NCBI GenBank assembly: GCA_002030015.1
Contig: LQBH01000001.1
Coordinates: 3,190 to 67,189, forward strand
DNA length: 64,000 bases
Direction: 5' to 3'
Source: a delta proteobacterium MLS_D
GTDB taxonomy: Bacteria > Desulfobacterota > Syntrophia > Syntrophales > UBA2210
Under the pieces are notes generated by a model. The model worked only from the letters and a program-made list of their open reading frames with translations, had not been told where the DNA came from and ran no database searches. This document shows, one piece after another, positions 38,219 to 48,107 of this stretch. A program made the translations under genes and the position numbers. Position 1 is the stretch's first letter; the number at the start of each line of letters is the position of its first letter.

Positions 38219-39048
38219 AAACGGACTTCTGGTATCGATTTTTCCGGAACAGGCTGGCCGTGATCGGTGGAATCGTTGTTGTCTCGCTTTTCGCCGTTTC
38301 GCTGCTCGCGTCCTGGATCGCGCCCTATGACCCGAATGAAATTAATATCGACCGCGTACTTGAATCACCGTCGTCGGAGCATCTTCTCGGGACCGACCAG
38401 CTCGGTCGCGACGTTTTGAGCCGCATGATCTGGGGATCGAGAATTTCACTGAAAGTGGGATTCGTGGCGACGGGAATCGCCATCCTGGTCGGCGCCGTGC
38501 TCGGCGCGGTGGCGGGATATTACGGTCGCTGGGTCGATTCCGTCATCATGCGCTTTGTGGACGTGATGCTCTGTTTCCCTTCTTTCTTCCTGATCCTCGC
38601 GGTCATCGCGCTTCTGGAACCTTCGATCTGGAACATCATGATCGTCATCGGGCTCACGGGGTGGATGGGAATAACGCGGCTGGTCCGGGCCGATTTCATC
38701 TCTCTGAGAGAACGGGACTTTGTCCAGGCGGCGCGCGTCATCGGCGCCGGCGACGCAAGAATTATTTTCAGGCATATTCTGCCCAACGCCATGGCCTCGG
38801 TGCTGGTGGCGGCCACCCTGGGCGTTGCGGGCGCGATTCTGACCGAGTCGGCCCTGTCATTCCTCGGCATCGGGGTGCAGCCTCCCACACCGAGCTGGGG
38901 CAACATTCTCACGGCGGGCAAGGACAACATCGACATCGCCTGGTGGTTATCCCTCTACCCGGGGCTGGCCATTCTCATAACCGTGCTGGGATACAACCTG
39001 CTGGGCGAAGGAATCAGGGATTCCCTCGATCCCCGGCTTCGGGAGTAA
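38215..39048 (+). CDS. Peptide ABC transporter permease (DppC/OppC-like)
   Basis: [49 protein letters not shown]. Confidence 0.92.
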   Translation: MKTDFWYRFFRNRLAVIGGIVVVSLFAVSLLASWIAPYDPNEINIDRVLESPSSEHLLGTDQLGRDVLSRMIWGSRISLKVGFVATGIAILVGAVLGAVAGYYGRWVDSVIMRFVDVMLCFPSFFLILAVIALLEPSIWNIMIVIGLTGWMGITRLVRADFISLRERDFVQAARVIGAGDARIIFRHILPNAMASVLVAATLGVAGAILTESALSFLGIGVQPPTPSWGNILTAGKDNIDIAWWLSLYPGLAILITVLGYNLLGEGIRDSLDPRLRE

Positions 39049-39122
39049 ACCGGTACAATAACGCGAAGGAACGACGCGGGAAGAACATAATTATTTTTGC
39101 AGCACAAGGAGACCAGTGATTC

Positions 39123-39935
39123 ATGCTCATCGACTCACACGCCCATCTTGAACTGGACGATTTTGATGAAGACCGCGACGCCGTCGTCGAACGAGCCCGC
39201 GAAGCCGGGCTGGACGGGGTGATCACCGTCGGCATCGATCTCGAAGACAGCAGGAAAGCCGTTGAAACGGCCAGCCGCTACGACATGGTCTGGGCGTCGG
39301 TGGGAATACACCCCCACGAGACGAAAACAATAACCGCGGATACCTACGACGGGATCCGCCGCCTCGCGACGGATCCCAAGGTTGTTGCCTACGGGGAGAT
39401 AGGCCTGGACTTTTTCAAGAATTATTCGCCCCGAAAAACCCAGGTCAAGCGATTCGGTGAACAGCTCGAACTGTGCCGGGATCTGGGATTACCAGTCATT
39501 ATTCATGACAGGGACGCGCACGAGGAAACCATGCAAATGCTCGAGCAACACCGCGGCAGCCTTTCCGGCGTGATCCACTGTTTTTCGGGGGATTACGCCA
39601 TGGCCCGCCGGTGCATGGACATGGGATATTATATTTCTATTCCCGGCACGGTTACCTTCAAAGGCGCCGACAAGATCCGGAACGTGGCGCGGAAAATTCC
39701 TCTGGACCGGCTCCTGGTGGAGACGGATGCGCCGTTTCTCGCGCCCGAACCGAAACGGGGGCGGCGGAACGAGCCTTCCTTCGTCGTGTACACCGCCTGG
39801 AAAGTTGCCGAGATACGGGGCATCGGTTTCGAGGAACTGGCGCGCGTAAGCGCGGAAAACGCGTTGAACCTGTTCCGCTTTTCGAACGATCGCAGCAGGA
39901 GTAAGGCGAAGCCGGACACCGGCGCCGCCGTTTAA
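39123..39935 (+). CDS. tatD: TatD family nuclease
   Basis: DSHAHL, GIHPH, GEIGLD, IHDR, HCFSG, ETDAPFL. Confidence 0.93.
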   Translation: MLIDSHAHLELDDFDEDRDAVVERAREAGLDGVITVGIDLEDSRKAVETASRYDMVWASVGIHPHETKTITADTYDGIRRLATDPKVVAYGEIGLDFFKNYSPRKTQVKRFGEQLELCRDLGLPVIIHDRDAHEETMQMLEQHRGSLSGVIHCFSGDYAMARRCMDMGYYISIPGTVTFKGADKIRNVARKIPLDRLLVETDAPFLAPEPKRGRRNEPSFVVYTAWKVAEIRGIGFEELARVSAENALNLFRFSNDRSRSKAKPDTGAAV

Positions 39936-39945
39936 GGGGGAAATC

Positions 39946-40953
39946 ATGAGCGAGGTACTGAGGCGGGCCGTCCAGGATCATCTCGACGCGTGGTTATTCA
40001 CGGCGTCCGTGACCGCCGTTTCGGTCAGATCTTGTCCGGCCCGATTCCCGCTCCGCCCCGGCAGTGATTCCGATTGGAACGTGGCGCGGTCGATGGTCGA
40101 CGATGTCTATCCATGCGTCGGCGAAATGTTGGCAGTCCTGCAAACAAAGACCGATTTTAATGCCTTCATCTGGAAGCGGCTCAGGCACGGCGTAAAAATC
40201 ATGTTTAGGCCGGCGGCGGGCTCGACGATTCACATGGATGACCGTGGGGGAAAAACGCAGGAACGGGTAGCAACCCTCGATGCCGGCTGGATCTTTACGG
40301 CGGCGGTCATGCGGTGGTTCCACGATCACCCGCGCATCAGCTATTATGACATGTGTCTCGGCGTTTCCCTGGATGGTAGAGGGGGCGGTACGGGCGAAGC
40401 GTGGGTGGAAGGAGGCCCGGAGAATGTCGGCGTCGGCTGGGGGTTTTATTGTGTGCGCCGCTATCTTGCCGAAATGTCCGATCCCGGGCTGGGCGATGAC
40501 CCGTTGCGGGGACTGCGGGAGAGTGCCGAGGGACTATACCTTCCGCCGGGGGCAGTTTTCGACCGTATGATGGTGTATGACCTCAACAGGAGGGACGCTG
40601 ATATGACACGGGAACGGGAATTAGAGTTCCCGGAAGGAGGATTTCTCACGGTTCACAAGGTGCTCCTGGGAGGTGATCCGGGCGACGCGGGAGACCGTGT
40701 TCTCTATCCAGGGTCGATTCCGGTAAATCTGGTTAAACTTGAAAAAGCGGATCCCCGGCTCATCGCCGGTTCGATCGCGCACGTTGCCGGGAACGTCGGC
40801 ACGCATATGGCACCGGGGTGTAAGGGCGACGCTCTTCTCGCGCGAGCCGTGGGAGAAGAGTCGGAATTCATGCTGCATCTCGTGGACGCCGGCACCGACG
40901 GTATTCTTGGTTTTTTCGTAAGCTTTGAACAGGGTGGTCTTCCGGGGCAATAA
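39946..40953 (+). CDS. Divergent/truncated DUF362-like protein
   Basis: AA.MRWFHD...ISYY.M.LG, GWGFY.VRRYLAE, DDP..G, YLPPG, MVYDLN, HKV..GGDP blocks recalled from a long DUF362 subfamily; the usual KPN and PKLKxH motifs are altered. Confidence 0.5.
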   Translation: MSEVLRRAVQDHLDAWLFTASVTAVSVRSCPARFPLRPGSDSDWNVARSMVDDVYPCVGEMLAVLQTKTDFNAFIWKRLRHGVKIMFRPAAGSTIHMDDRGGKTQERVATLDAGWIFTAAVMRWFHDHPRISYYDMCLGVSLDGRGGGTGEAWVEGGPENVGVGWGFYCVRRYLAEMSDPGLGDDPLRGLRESAEGLYLPPGAVFDRMMVYDLNRRDADMTRERELEFPEGGFLTVHKVLLGGDPGDAGDRVLYPGSIPVNLVKLEKADPRLIAGSIAHVAGNVGTHMAPGCKGDALLARAVGEESEFMLHLVDAGTDGILGFFVSFEQGGLPGQ

Positions 40954-41003
40954 AAAAGCGTTGAATAAATTAAAAAATTTGTGCCCCCGTACGGGAAAGT
41001 ACG

Positions 41004-41033
41004 TTGACAAAGTGAAATACGCTGGTTTATGGT
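41004..41033 (+). promoter_or_regulatory. sigma70-type promoter of the OFA transporter gene
   Basis: TTGACA, 18 bp, TATGGT, with AT-rich flanks. Confidence 0.5.
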
Positions 41034-41082
41034 ACACTGATTTTTATTTTTTAAATTTTAATAAAAAAGGAGGAAACGGGGT

Positions 41083-42309
41083 GTGAGCGAAAACAGACTT
41101 TTCGGTGTAGCGCCGGAATCCGGGCGATGGATGTTTATTATTCTGGGGTTCATAATCAATATCTGCCTGGGAAGCGTCTATGCCTACAGCGTGTTTAACA
41201 GGCCTGTACAGGAACTGCTCGGTGCGAGCGCCACCTGGGCGGGGATGCCCTTCATGGTGTTTCTGGCGATCTTCGCCATCATGGTTTTCGTGGGCGGTCA
41301 GCTCATCGGCAAGCTCGGTCCGCGTAACCTGGGTATTCTGGGCGGTGTGGTTGTCGGTCTCGGTTGGATGCTGGCGAGCCAGTCCCCGAATATCGGTGTG
41401 CTGACCATTACCTACGGATTGATCGGCGGCGCCGGCGTCGGTCTTGCTTACGGTGTTCCCCTTGCCGTGGTCGGCCGGTGGTTCCCGGACAAGCGAGGTT
41501 TAGCACTCGGTCTCACCATTGCCGGATTCGGCGGTTCACCCTTCGTTTCCGCCTACGTGGCTGCGTCGCTTATCAACAGTGCCGGTCCCATGCAGGCCTT
41601 CTTCACAATGGGACTTGCCTTTCTCATCGTCATCTGTGCTTGCTTCATTCCCTTCCGTTATCCTGCGGACGGCTGGACACCGGCCGGCTTTACGGCGGCT
41701 ACGACAGGCGCCGGTTCCGTTGATTTCACCACCGGTGAAATGGTCAAAACAAAAGCCTTCTACGGTTTGTTCCTTTCCTATACCATCGGTTGCCTGGCCG
41801 GTCTCATGGCCATCGGCATATCCAGTCCGGTGGGACAGGAAATCATCGTGATCCCGGCCGCCACGGCCGCCACGCTGGTGGGGATTTTTGCCATATTCAA
41901 CGGCCTTGGACGACCTCTTTTCGGCAGCCTCACGGATAAGCTGAATCCTCAAAAGACGGCGATTCTGTCTTTTGTCATTATTCTGGTCTGCTCGCTGGGA
42001 ATGCTGGTAGCGAAGGAAGGGAGCGTAGCGCTGTACGTCACCTGCTTCGTCGGATTCTGGCTCTGCCTGGGCGGCTGGCTGGCCATCGGCCCCACGGCGA
42101 CGAACGCCTATTTCGGTGTGACCAATTATGCCAAGAACTACGGCGTTGTTTTCCTGGCTTACGGTTTAGGTGCTATCCTGGGCAGTATTATCTCAGGGCA
42201 GGCCCGAGACGTGTTCGGCTCCTATATGTTCGCCTTTGTTCCCACGGCGATCCTGGCGGTGCTGGGTATCATAATCGCCTTTTTTATGATGACGCCGCCG
42301 AAGAAATAA
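41083..42309 (+). CDS. MFS transporter, oxalate/formate antiporter (OFA) family
   Basis: CLGSVYAYSVF, GVGLAY, WFPDKRGLA.G...AGFG, FNGLGR..FG.L.D, NYG; about 12 TM. Confidence 0.88.
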   Translation: MSENRLFGVAPESGRWMFIILGFIINICLGSVYAYSVFNRPVQELLGASATWAGMPFMVFLAIFAIMVFVGGQLIGKLGPRNLGILGGVVVGLGWMLASQSPNIGVLTITYGLIGGAGVGLAYGVPLAVVGRWFPDKRGLALGLTIAGFGGSPFVSAYVAASLINSAGPMQAFFTMGLAFLIVICACFIPFRYPADGWTPAGFTAATTGAGSVDFTTGEMVKTKAFYGLFLSYTIGCLAGLMAIGISSPVGQEIIVIPAATAATLVGIFAIFNGLGRPLFGSLTDKLNPQKTAILSFVIILVCSLGMLVAKEGSVALYVTCFVGFWLCLGGWLAIGPTATNAYFGVTNYAKNYGVVFLAYGLGAILGSIISGQARDVFGSYMFAFVPTAILAVLGIIIAFFMMTPPKK

Positions 42310-42320
42310 TGCGTACGCGT

Positions 42321-42358
42321 AAAACAGGGGTGCCCTTCGGTGCCCCTGTTTTTTTTTG
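42321..42358 (+). terminator. Intrinsic terminator
   Basis: AAAACAGGGGTGC-ccttcg-GTGCCCCTGTTTTTTTTT. Confidence 0.8.
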
Positions 42359-42455
42359 TGAATTTCATGTTCCGGATTCCGCCCGCAGTTGCGTCAGAAG
42401 CATTTTTTCTGTATGAGCGTGTCTGAAAAATATTAATTAAGGAGGTAGAGGGTTG

Positions 42456-43031
42456 ATGGAAGACGGAACAATGAAGATTACCGATAATACTGCAAACCCG
42501 GCCCCTCTCGGACTCATGGGGTTCGGCATGACGACGGTGCTTTTGAACATTCATAACGCGGGGTTCACGTCGCTTGACACCATGATTCTCGCGATGGGCA
42601 TTTTCTATGGCGGCCTGGCGCAGGTGATAGCCGGTATATTTGAATGGAAAAAGAATAATACCTTCGGGACAACCGCGTTTACCTCATACGGTCTTTTCTG
42701 GCTTTCTCTGGTTTTCCTGTTGCTCATGAGTGAGTGGGGATGGTGGCAGGGAGCGACCAGTGGCGCCATGGCGATATACCTGTTCATGTGGGGGCTCTTC
42801 ACATTTCTTATGTTCATAGCCACATTGAAATTAAACAGGGCACTCCAGGTCGTTTTTGCCACACTGACCATTTTGTTCTGGCTTCTGGCCTGGGGGGACG
42901 CGTCGGGAAGCACCGTCGTTACTCGTATTGCGGGGTACGAGGGAATCGTCTGCGGTTTTTCTGCGATTTATGCGGCAATGGCCCAGGTCTTGAATGAATA
43001 TTATGGAAAAAACGTGCTTCCCCTGGGATAG
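42456..43031 (+). CDS. satP: Acetate uptake transporter SatP (GPR1/FUN34/YaaH)
   Basis: [15 protein letters not shown] signature, FYGG.AQ, TFG.TAF.SYG.FW. Confidence 0.92.
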   Translation: MEDGTMKITDNTANPAPLGLMGFGMTTVLLNIHNAGFTSLDTMILAMGIFYGGLAQVIAGIFEWKKNNTFGTTAFTSYGLFWLSLVFLLLMSEWGWWQGATSGAMAIYLFMWGLFTFLMFIATLKLNRALQVVFATLTILFWLLAWGDASGSTVVTRIAGYEGIVCGFSAIYAAMAQVLNEYYGKNVLPLG

Positions 43032-43319
43032 TGCTGCATTAACAGATAAAACATGACACAGATGCGGCTGGCGTTTTTCCGTGGCAATTGATATCGATAG
43101 ATTCCCCGTTTGTACTGGATTCTGTTTTGTGGCATAAGACAGGACCGGGGAAAGAGGTATTTTCAAAAACAACTCTGTTTCCATGGCTGGTTTCCAGGCG
43201 ATTCATTGCGATGGAAAGAAATACCGCCGGGTCATGGCGACGCAGTCGTGAGATCCATGGCCGCCGGCGAGCCGAGCGGCGGCCGGCAGCCGCAAATTCT
43301 CATCCCTGGAGGAAAAAGG

Positions 43320-44213
43320 ATGTCCGAATTGTCTGATATTCTCGGGTCCACCTGGCCCGTTATTCAGGGCCCCATCGGTTCCATGAACAGTCCCGATATG
43401 GTGGCCGCCGTATCGGAAGCGGGCGGCTTCGGCATGTTGGCCCTCGGTTTCGTCAATCGGCTCGAAGACGCGAAAAGGCTGGTCGAAGAAGTGAAGGATC
43501 GAACCGGTAAGCCTTTCGGGGCGAACGTGGTTATCATGAATCCCCTTCATCGGGAAATCATTGAAATGCTTGCCGAAGAGGGCATTCAAACAGTTACCAC
43601 CTCCGTGGGAAGGCCCGATGCGATCTATCCTCTCATTCATGAGTTGGGTATGAAGGGGCTGCATGTGGTTCTATCGCTGACCCATGCCGTCAAGGCCGAA
43701 CAGGCGGGAGCCGACGGACTGGTGGTGGTGGGCTGCGAAGCGGGGGGGCTTCGAAGCAGACGGCCCGAGTCGTCCACTATGGTTCTTGTTCCTCTCGTAT
43801 GTGATCACGTCTCCATTCCCGTGGTGGCCGCGGGCGGAATCGCCGATTCTCGCGGCTACCGGGCGGCCCTCGCATTGGGCGCTCAGGGCGTCCAGATAGG
43901 AACACGCTTCCTCGTTTCAGAGGAAAGCATCGCCCACGAAGCCTGGAAACAGGTGGTGATCGATTGCGGCGACGGGGGGACCGACCTGTTGCCGGTGGGA
44001 AACATGATGACGCGGGCCGTCATAACGCCGGGCATTCGGAAACTCATTGAAGATCCCTCGGTTGACCTGGAAGAGGAACTGCAGAAAATCGACCGACTCA
44101 AGGCCTGGGACGACGGGGACCTGGAAAATGCAATGCCCGGCGCGGGACAGGTAAGCGCCCTTATCCGGGACGTCAAGTCGGTCCGCGAGGTAATTGAAGA
44201 GATGGTGTCGTGA
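43320..44213 (+). CDS. Nitronate monooxygenase / FabK-like FMN oxidoreductase
   Basis: AAVSEAGGFG, G.EAGG, VVAAGGIAD, GVQIGTRF, AGQVS. Confidence 0.85.
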   Translation: MSELSDILGSTWPVIQGPIGSMNSPDMVAAVSEAGGFGMLALGFVNRLEDAKRLVEEVKDRTGKPFGANVVIMNPLHREIIEMLAEEGIQTVTTSVGRPDAIYPLIHELGMKGLHVVLSLTHAVKAEQAGADGLVVVGCEAGGLRSRRPESSTMVLVPLVCDHVSIPVVAAGGIADSRGYRAALALGAQGVQIGTRFLVSEESIAHEAWKQVVIDCGDGGTDLLPVGNMMTRAVITPGIRKLIEDPSVDLEEELQKIDRLKAWDDGDLENAMPGAGQVSALIRDVKSVREVIEEMVS

Positions 44214-44271
44214 GATTGTATTTCACGGCGTCAGACGACCTCCAACCGAATGCGGGTATGAAGGCATGCCG

Positions 44272-44323
44272 TTGACATTACGTGGTCTTTCTGTTATTAC
44301 CAGCGCCCCCGCAGGGGGGCGCT
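44272..44323 (+). promoter_or_regulatory. trpS promoter plus leader hairpin
   Basis: TTGACA, 17 bp, TATTAC (TGn extended); AGCGCCCCC-gcag-GGGGGCGCT hairpin. Confidence 0.55.
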
Positions 44324-44349
44324 AATACATACTCGGGGAGTCATTATTC

Positions 44350-45357
44350 TTGCAGAAAAAACGAATTTTAAGCGGCATGCGGCCCACCGGCAAGCTCCAC
44401 CTGGGGAATCTCCACGGAGCTTTGACAAACTGGGTGAACCTTCAGAATGACGGTGGATACGAATGTTTCTATTTCGTCGCCGACTGGCACGCCCTGACCA
44501 GTGATTATAAAGACACGTCGGAAATCGGCGAAAACACCATCGATATGCTCGTGGACTGGCTGAGCGCCGGCCTTGATCCTTCCCGGAGCGTCCTGTTCCT
44601 GCAGTCGGAAGTTATGGAGCACGCGGAGCTTTTTCTTGTTCTTTCCATGATAACGCCCCTGGCGTGGCTTGAGCGAAATCCGACTTACAAGGAAATGAGA
44701 GAAGAACTTGCCGACCGTGACCTGTCGACGGCCGGTTTTCTGGGATACCCCGTTCTTCAGGCGGCGGACATCATCATGTACAAAGCTTACGGTGTTCCCG
44801 TGGGCGTCGACCAGCTTCCGCACATCGAACTGACGCGGGAAATAGCGCGGCGCTTCAATTTTATTTTTCGTGAAGTTTTTCCCGTGCCCGAGCCGCTTCT
44901 GGCGAACGTGCCGAAGCTTCTGGGCATCGACGGGCGCAAGATGAGCAAGTCCTACGACAACTCGATATACCTGCGTGACCGGGGTGATATGCTTTCCGAC
45001 AAGATCCTGGCCATGTTCACCGATCCCGAACGCAAAAGAAAAAAAGATCCCGGGCGGCCGGAGCTGTGCAACGTGTTTGCTTTTCACCGGTTATACAGTC
45101 CCGCCCCGGAGGTCGAGCAGATAGAGGAAGACTGCAGAAAAGCGGCAATCGGATGCGTTGAGTGCAAGCGCCGCCTCGCAGCGGCCGTTGCCGAGGGCAT
45201 GGCGCCCTTCCACGAACGTCAGGATCATTACCTCGGCAACCTCGATGAAGTGAGGGACATTCTGGCCGCGGGCACCGTCAGGGCGCGCGATATCGCCCGC
45301 CTCACCATGGACGAGGTCAGGGACGCTCTGAAGATTTACCGGATCAACAAGGCGTAA
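44350..45357 (+). CDS. trpS: Tryptophan--tRNA ligase
   Basis: SGMRPTGKLHLGN, YPVLQAADI, PVGVDQ, KMSKS; TTG start. Confidence 0.97.
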   Translation: MQKKRILSGMRPTGKLHLGNLHGALTNWVNLQNDGGYECFYFVADWHALTSDYKDTSEIGENTIDMLVDWLSAGLDPSRSVLFLQSEVMEHAELFLVLSMITPLAWLERNPTYKEMREELADRDLSTAGFLGYPVLQAADIIMYKAYGVPVGVDQLPHIELTREIARRFNFIFREVFPVPEPLLANVPKLLGIDGRKMSKSYDNSIYLRDRGDMLSDKILAMFTDPERKRKKDPGRPELCNVFAFHRLYSPAPEVEQIEEDCRKAAIGCVECKRRLAAAVAEGMAPFHERQDHYLGNLDEVRDILAAGTVRARDIARLTMDEVRDALKIYRINKA

Positions 45358-45393
45358 ATGAACGGGGCGCCGATTGGGGGGATATCCGGTGTT

Positions 45394-46146
45394 ATGGACT
45401 ACAGGATAAAACTCGATATATTTGAAGGTCCGCTCGATCTTCTGCTCTATCTCATCAGAAAAAACGAAATCGATATCTACGACATTCCCATCTCCATGAT
45501 AACCGAGCAGTATATTGCCTACCTCGACGCGATGAAGTCGCTTAATCTGGACCTGGCGGGGGAATACCTCGTCCTGGCGGCGACCCTTCTGCACATCAAG
45601 TCCCGTATGCTTCTGCCGGTTCACGAGGAAGAAGGAGCGGAAGAAGAAGATCCCCGTGCCGAACTGGTGCGCCAGCTCCTGGAATACCAGGCTTTCAAAG
45701 AGGCGGCCCTCGACTTGAACAATCGCAAGCTCCTCGACCGGGACCTGTTCGTCAGGAAGGAGCCGGTTGACGATCGTGACGATGACGGGGACAGCCCGAT
45801 TCGTGAAGTGGGTGTGTTCGAACTGGTGAAAGCCTTCCAGCGGGTGATAACCGAACGGGGGGGAGATTTCACCATGGAAATCGACACGGAGACTATGTCG
45901 CTTTCGCAACGGGTCAGTGAAATCCTCGATCTGCTCAATGAAAAAAAGACGCTTACCTTCAATGAATTGCTGGGGCGGGAATTTAATCGACGATCCATCG
46001 TCTTTACCTTTCTCGCACTTCTTGAATTAATGAAGATGAGAGTGGCCCGGGCTTTTCAGCAGGCCCCTTACGAGACAATCCGCATATACCTGGCCGTTGA
46101 GCTGGAGGGGACGGAGGACCATGAAGGAGCTGAAAACGGTTATTGA
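45394..46146 (+). CDS. scpA: Segregation/condensation protein A
   Basis: FEGPLDLLLYLI, KSRMLLP, DPRAELV, FLALLEL. Confidence 0.95.
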   Translation: MDYRIKLDIFEGPLDLLLYLIRKNEIDIYDIPISMITEQYIAYLDAMKSLNLDLAGEYLVLAATLLHIKSRMLLPVHEEEGAEEEDPRAELVRQLLEYQAFKEAALDLNNRKLLDRDLFVRKEPVDDRDDDGDSPIREVGVFELVKAFQRVITERGGDFTMEIDTETMSLSQRVSEILDLLNEKKTLTFNELLGREFNRRSIVFTFLALLELMKMRVARAFQQAPYETIRIYLAVELEGTEDHEGAENGY

Positions 46147-46657
46147 GTCGCTGCTGTTTGTATCCGACATTCCACTTTCAATAAAGAAAATGAAAGAACT
46201 CCTCGACGACGTGTCGGAATCCGACGTCGCCGCCGCGGTCCGGGAACTTGTCGACGAGTATTCGCGAAGAGAGGGAGGTGTTTTCCTGGCGGAAGTGGCC
46301 GGCGGGTTCCAGTTCCGCACGGCTGATATTTCCACGCCATGGATTCTGAAGTTCCGAGGTGGACGACCCGCCTCGCTCAGCCAGGCCGCCCTGGAAACCC
46401 TGGCCGTCATTGCCTACCGGCAGCCGGTCCTGAAATCCGATATCGAGCAGGTCCGGGGAGTCGATGTCAGCGCCGCCCTGAAAGGGCTGCTGGAAAAAAA
46501 CCTCGTGCGAGTCGTTGGGCGAAAGGACGTTCCCGGCAGGCCGATCATGTACGGAACCACGAAAAGATTCCTTGAGGTATTCAATCTGAAGGATCTGTCT
46601 GAACTGCCGACGCTCAGGGAGTTGAAGGAACTGGAGGAGGAAGAGACCTTTGACTGA
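46121..46657 (+). CDS. scpB: SMC-Scp complex subunit ScpB
   Basis: ESLLF, LSQAALETLAVIAYRQP, RGV, GRP.MYGTT. Confidence 0.95.
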   Translation: MKELKTVIESLLFVSDIPLSIKKMKELLDDVSESDVAAAVRELVDEYSRREGGVFLAEVAGGFQFRTADISTPWILKFRGGRPASLSQAALETLAVIAYRQPVLKSDIEQVRGVDVSAALKGLLEKNLVRVVGRKDVPGRPIMYGTTKRFLEVFNLKDLSELPTLRELKELEEEETFD

Positions 46658-47369
46658 ACGCCTGCAGAAAATCATCGCGGCGGCCGGCGTCGCATCACGC
46701 CGTGCGGCCGAGCGGCTTATTCGGGAAGGCCGCGTCAGCGTTAACGGCGTGGTTGTCACCGAACTGGGCGTCAAGGCGGATGCCGTGGCTGACGTTATTC
46801 GCGTCAACGGTGCCCGCATCACCGTGGACACGTCGAAAGTATACCTGGTTCTGCATAAGCCGGCGGGGTACCTGACAGCCGTAAGTGATTCCCGTGGCAG
46901 AAAAACAGTCGCCGATCTGATACCCGGTTTTACTGAACGGCTGGTGCCCGTGGGTCGGCTCGACTACGCGTCGGAAGGTCTTTTGATCATGACCAACGAC
47001 GGCTATTTGTCCTATCGCCTGCAGCATCCGAAATTCGCCGTTCCCAAGACCTACCGTGTCAAGGTCCGTGGTTCGATTGACACGGCGAGCCTTTCAGCGA
47101 TACGAAAAGGGATGAGTCTCAGCGACGGTTTTTTCATTCCCCGTGAGGTCGACTTGGAAAAAACCAACAAAAAAAGTACCTGGTTGCGCATAACTATCGA
47201 AGAGGGCAGGTACAGAATCGTGCGACGTTATCTCGAGGCGCAGGGTTTTCCGGTGGTGCGTCTTATTCGCGTGGCTGAGGGGAACGTGGAACTGGGCGAT
47301 CTGAAACCCGGGGAATACAGGTTCATGAGTTCGAAAGAATTAAAACATCTGGGCGGTGCCGGGCGATGA
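46650..47369 (+). CDS. rluB: rRNA pseudouridine synthase (RluB/RsuA family)
   Basis: S4 domain RLQK..A.AG.ASRR, VGRLD, EGL, KTY. Confidence 0.88.
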   Translation: MTERLQKIIAAAGVASRRAAERLIREGRVSVNGVVVTELGVKADAVADVIRVNGARITVDTSKVYLVLHKPAGYLTAVSDSRGRKTVADLIPGFTERLVPVGRLDYASEGLLIMTNDGYLSYRLQHPKFAVPKTYRVKVRGSIDTASLSAIRKGMSLSDGFFIPREVDLEKTNKKSTWLRITIEEGRYRIVRRYLEAQGFPVVRLIRVAEGNVELGDLKPGEYRFMSSKELKHLGGAGR

Positions 47370-47504
47370 GAAGTTCTTGAAAAATATCTTGACATTAGAA
47401 GCAAAATAAATAATACCTAGCGCTGATTGGACGGCAGGACCCGTAATGCCGGAACGACGGCAGGTAAATGAAAACCGGAAACAATTCCTTGAAGAGGGGG
47501 CTGT

Positions 47505-47786
47505 ATGAACAAGTCGGAACTGATATCTGCGTTGAGCAAAAAAGAAGGTCTCACTGAAAAGCAGGCCTCGGATACGGTCAATCTGATATTTAAAAGTTTC
47601 AGCGCCGAACTGCAAAAGGGGAATCGCATCGAGATACGCGGGTTCGGAAGCTTTGTGGTCCGGGAGTACAACGCTTACACCGGCAGAAATCCGAAAACAG
47701 GCGGTGTGATCCAGGTCGCTCCGAAGAAACTTCCCTTCTTCAAGGTTGGAAAAGATCTGAAGGAAAAAGTGAATTCGGGGAAATAA
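47505..47786 (+). CDS. HU/IHF-beta family DNA-binding protein
   Basis: MNKSELI, IEIRGFGSF, GRNPKTG, PFFK.GK. Confidence 0.93.
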   Translation: MNKSELISALSKKEGLTEKQASDTVNLIFKSFSAELQKGNRIEIRGFGSFVVREYNAYTGRNPKTGGVIQVAPKKLPFFKVGKDLKEKVNSGK

Positions 47787-47852
47787 GAAGTTGGCTCGTT
47801 TGAGTCAGTCCTGTGTTGAGAATAAATGATGCAGCGAACCGGTGATGTTCTG

Positions 47853-47880
47853 AGGGAGCGAAATGCTCCCTTTTTCTTTT
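47853..47880 (+). terminator. Intrinsic terminator after the HU/IHF gene
   Basis: AGGGAGC-gaaat-GCTCCCT followed by TTTTCTTTT. Confidence 0.75.
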
Positions 47881-48107
47881 GGAAAAACCGGGAACGCGGA
47901 GTTGTGGCGCCTCTTGTGAGTCAGCGGCGCGGACCGATATTTCCCACTCGCGTGAGCTGTTCATTCCGGGCGGTGTTCAGACGCATCCGCATATTTTACT
48001 TGACCGGAGTAGGGAATATGCAAAACTGACGGGAAGAGATGTTTATGAGCGCCCGGAAGAATGCATTGACGGGCGCAGGCCAGAATGCTGAAAGACAGTG
48101 AACGGAT

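Noticed and set aside
44214-44349. T-box or attenuator before trpS
   Set aside because: Leader is too short, with no T-box consensus or Trp leader peptide; only a single hairpin
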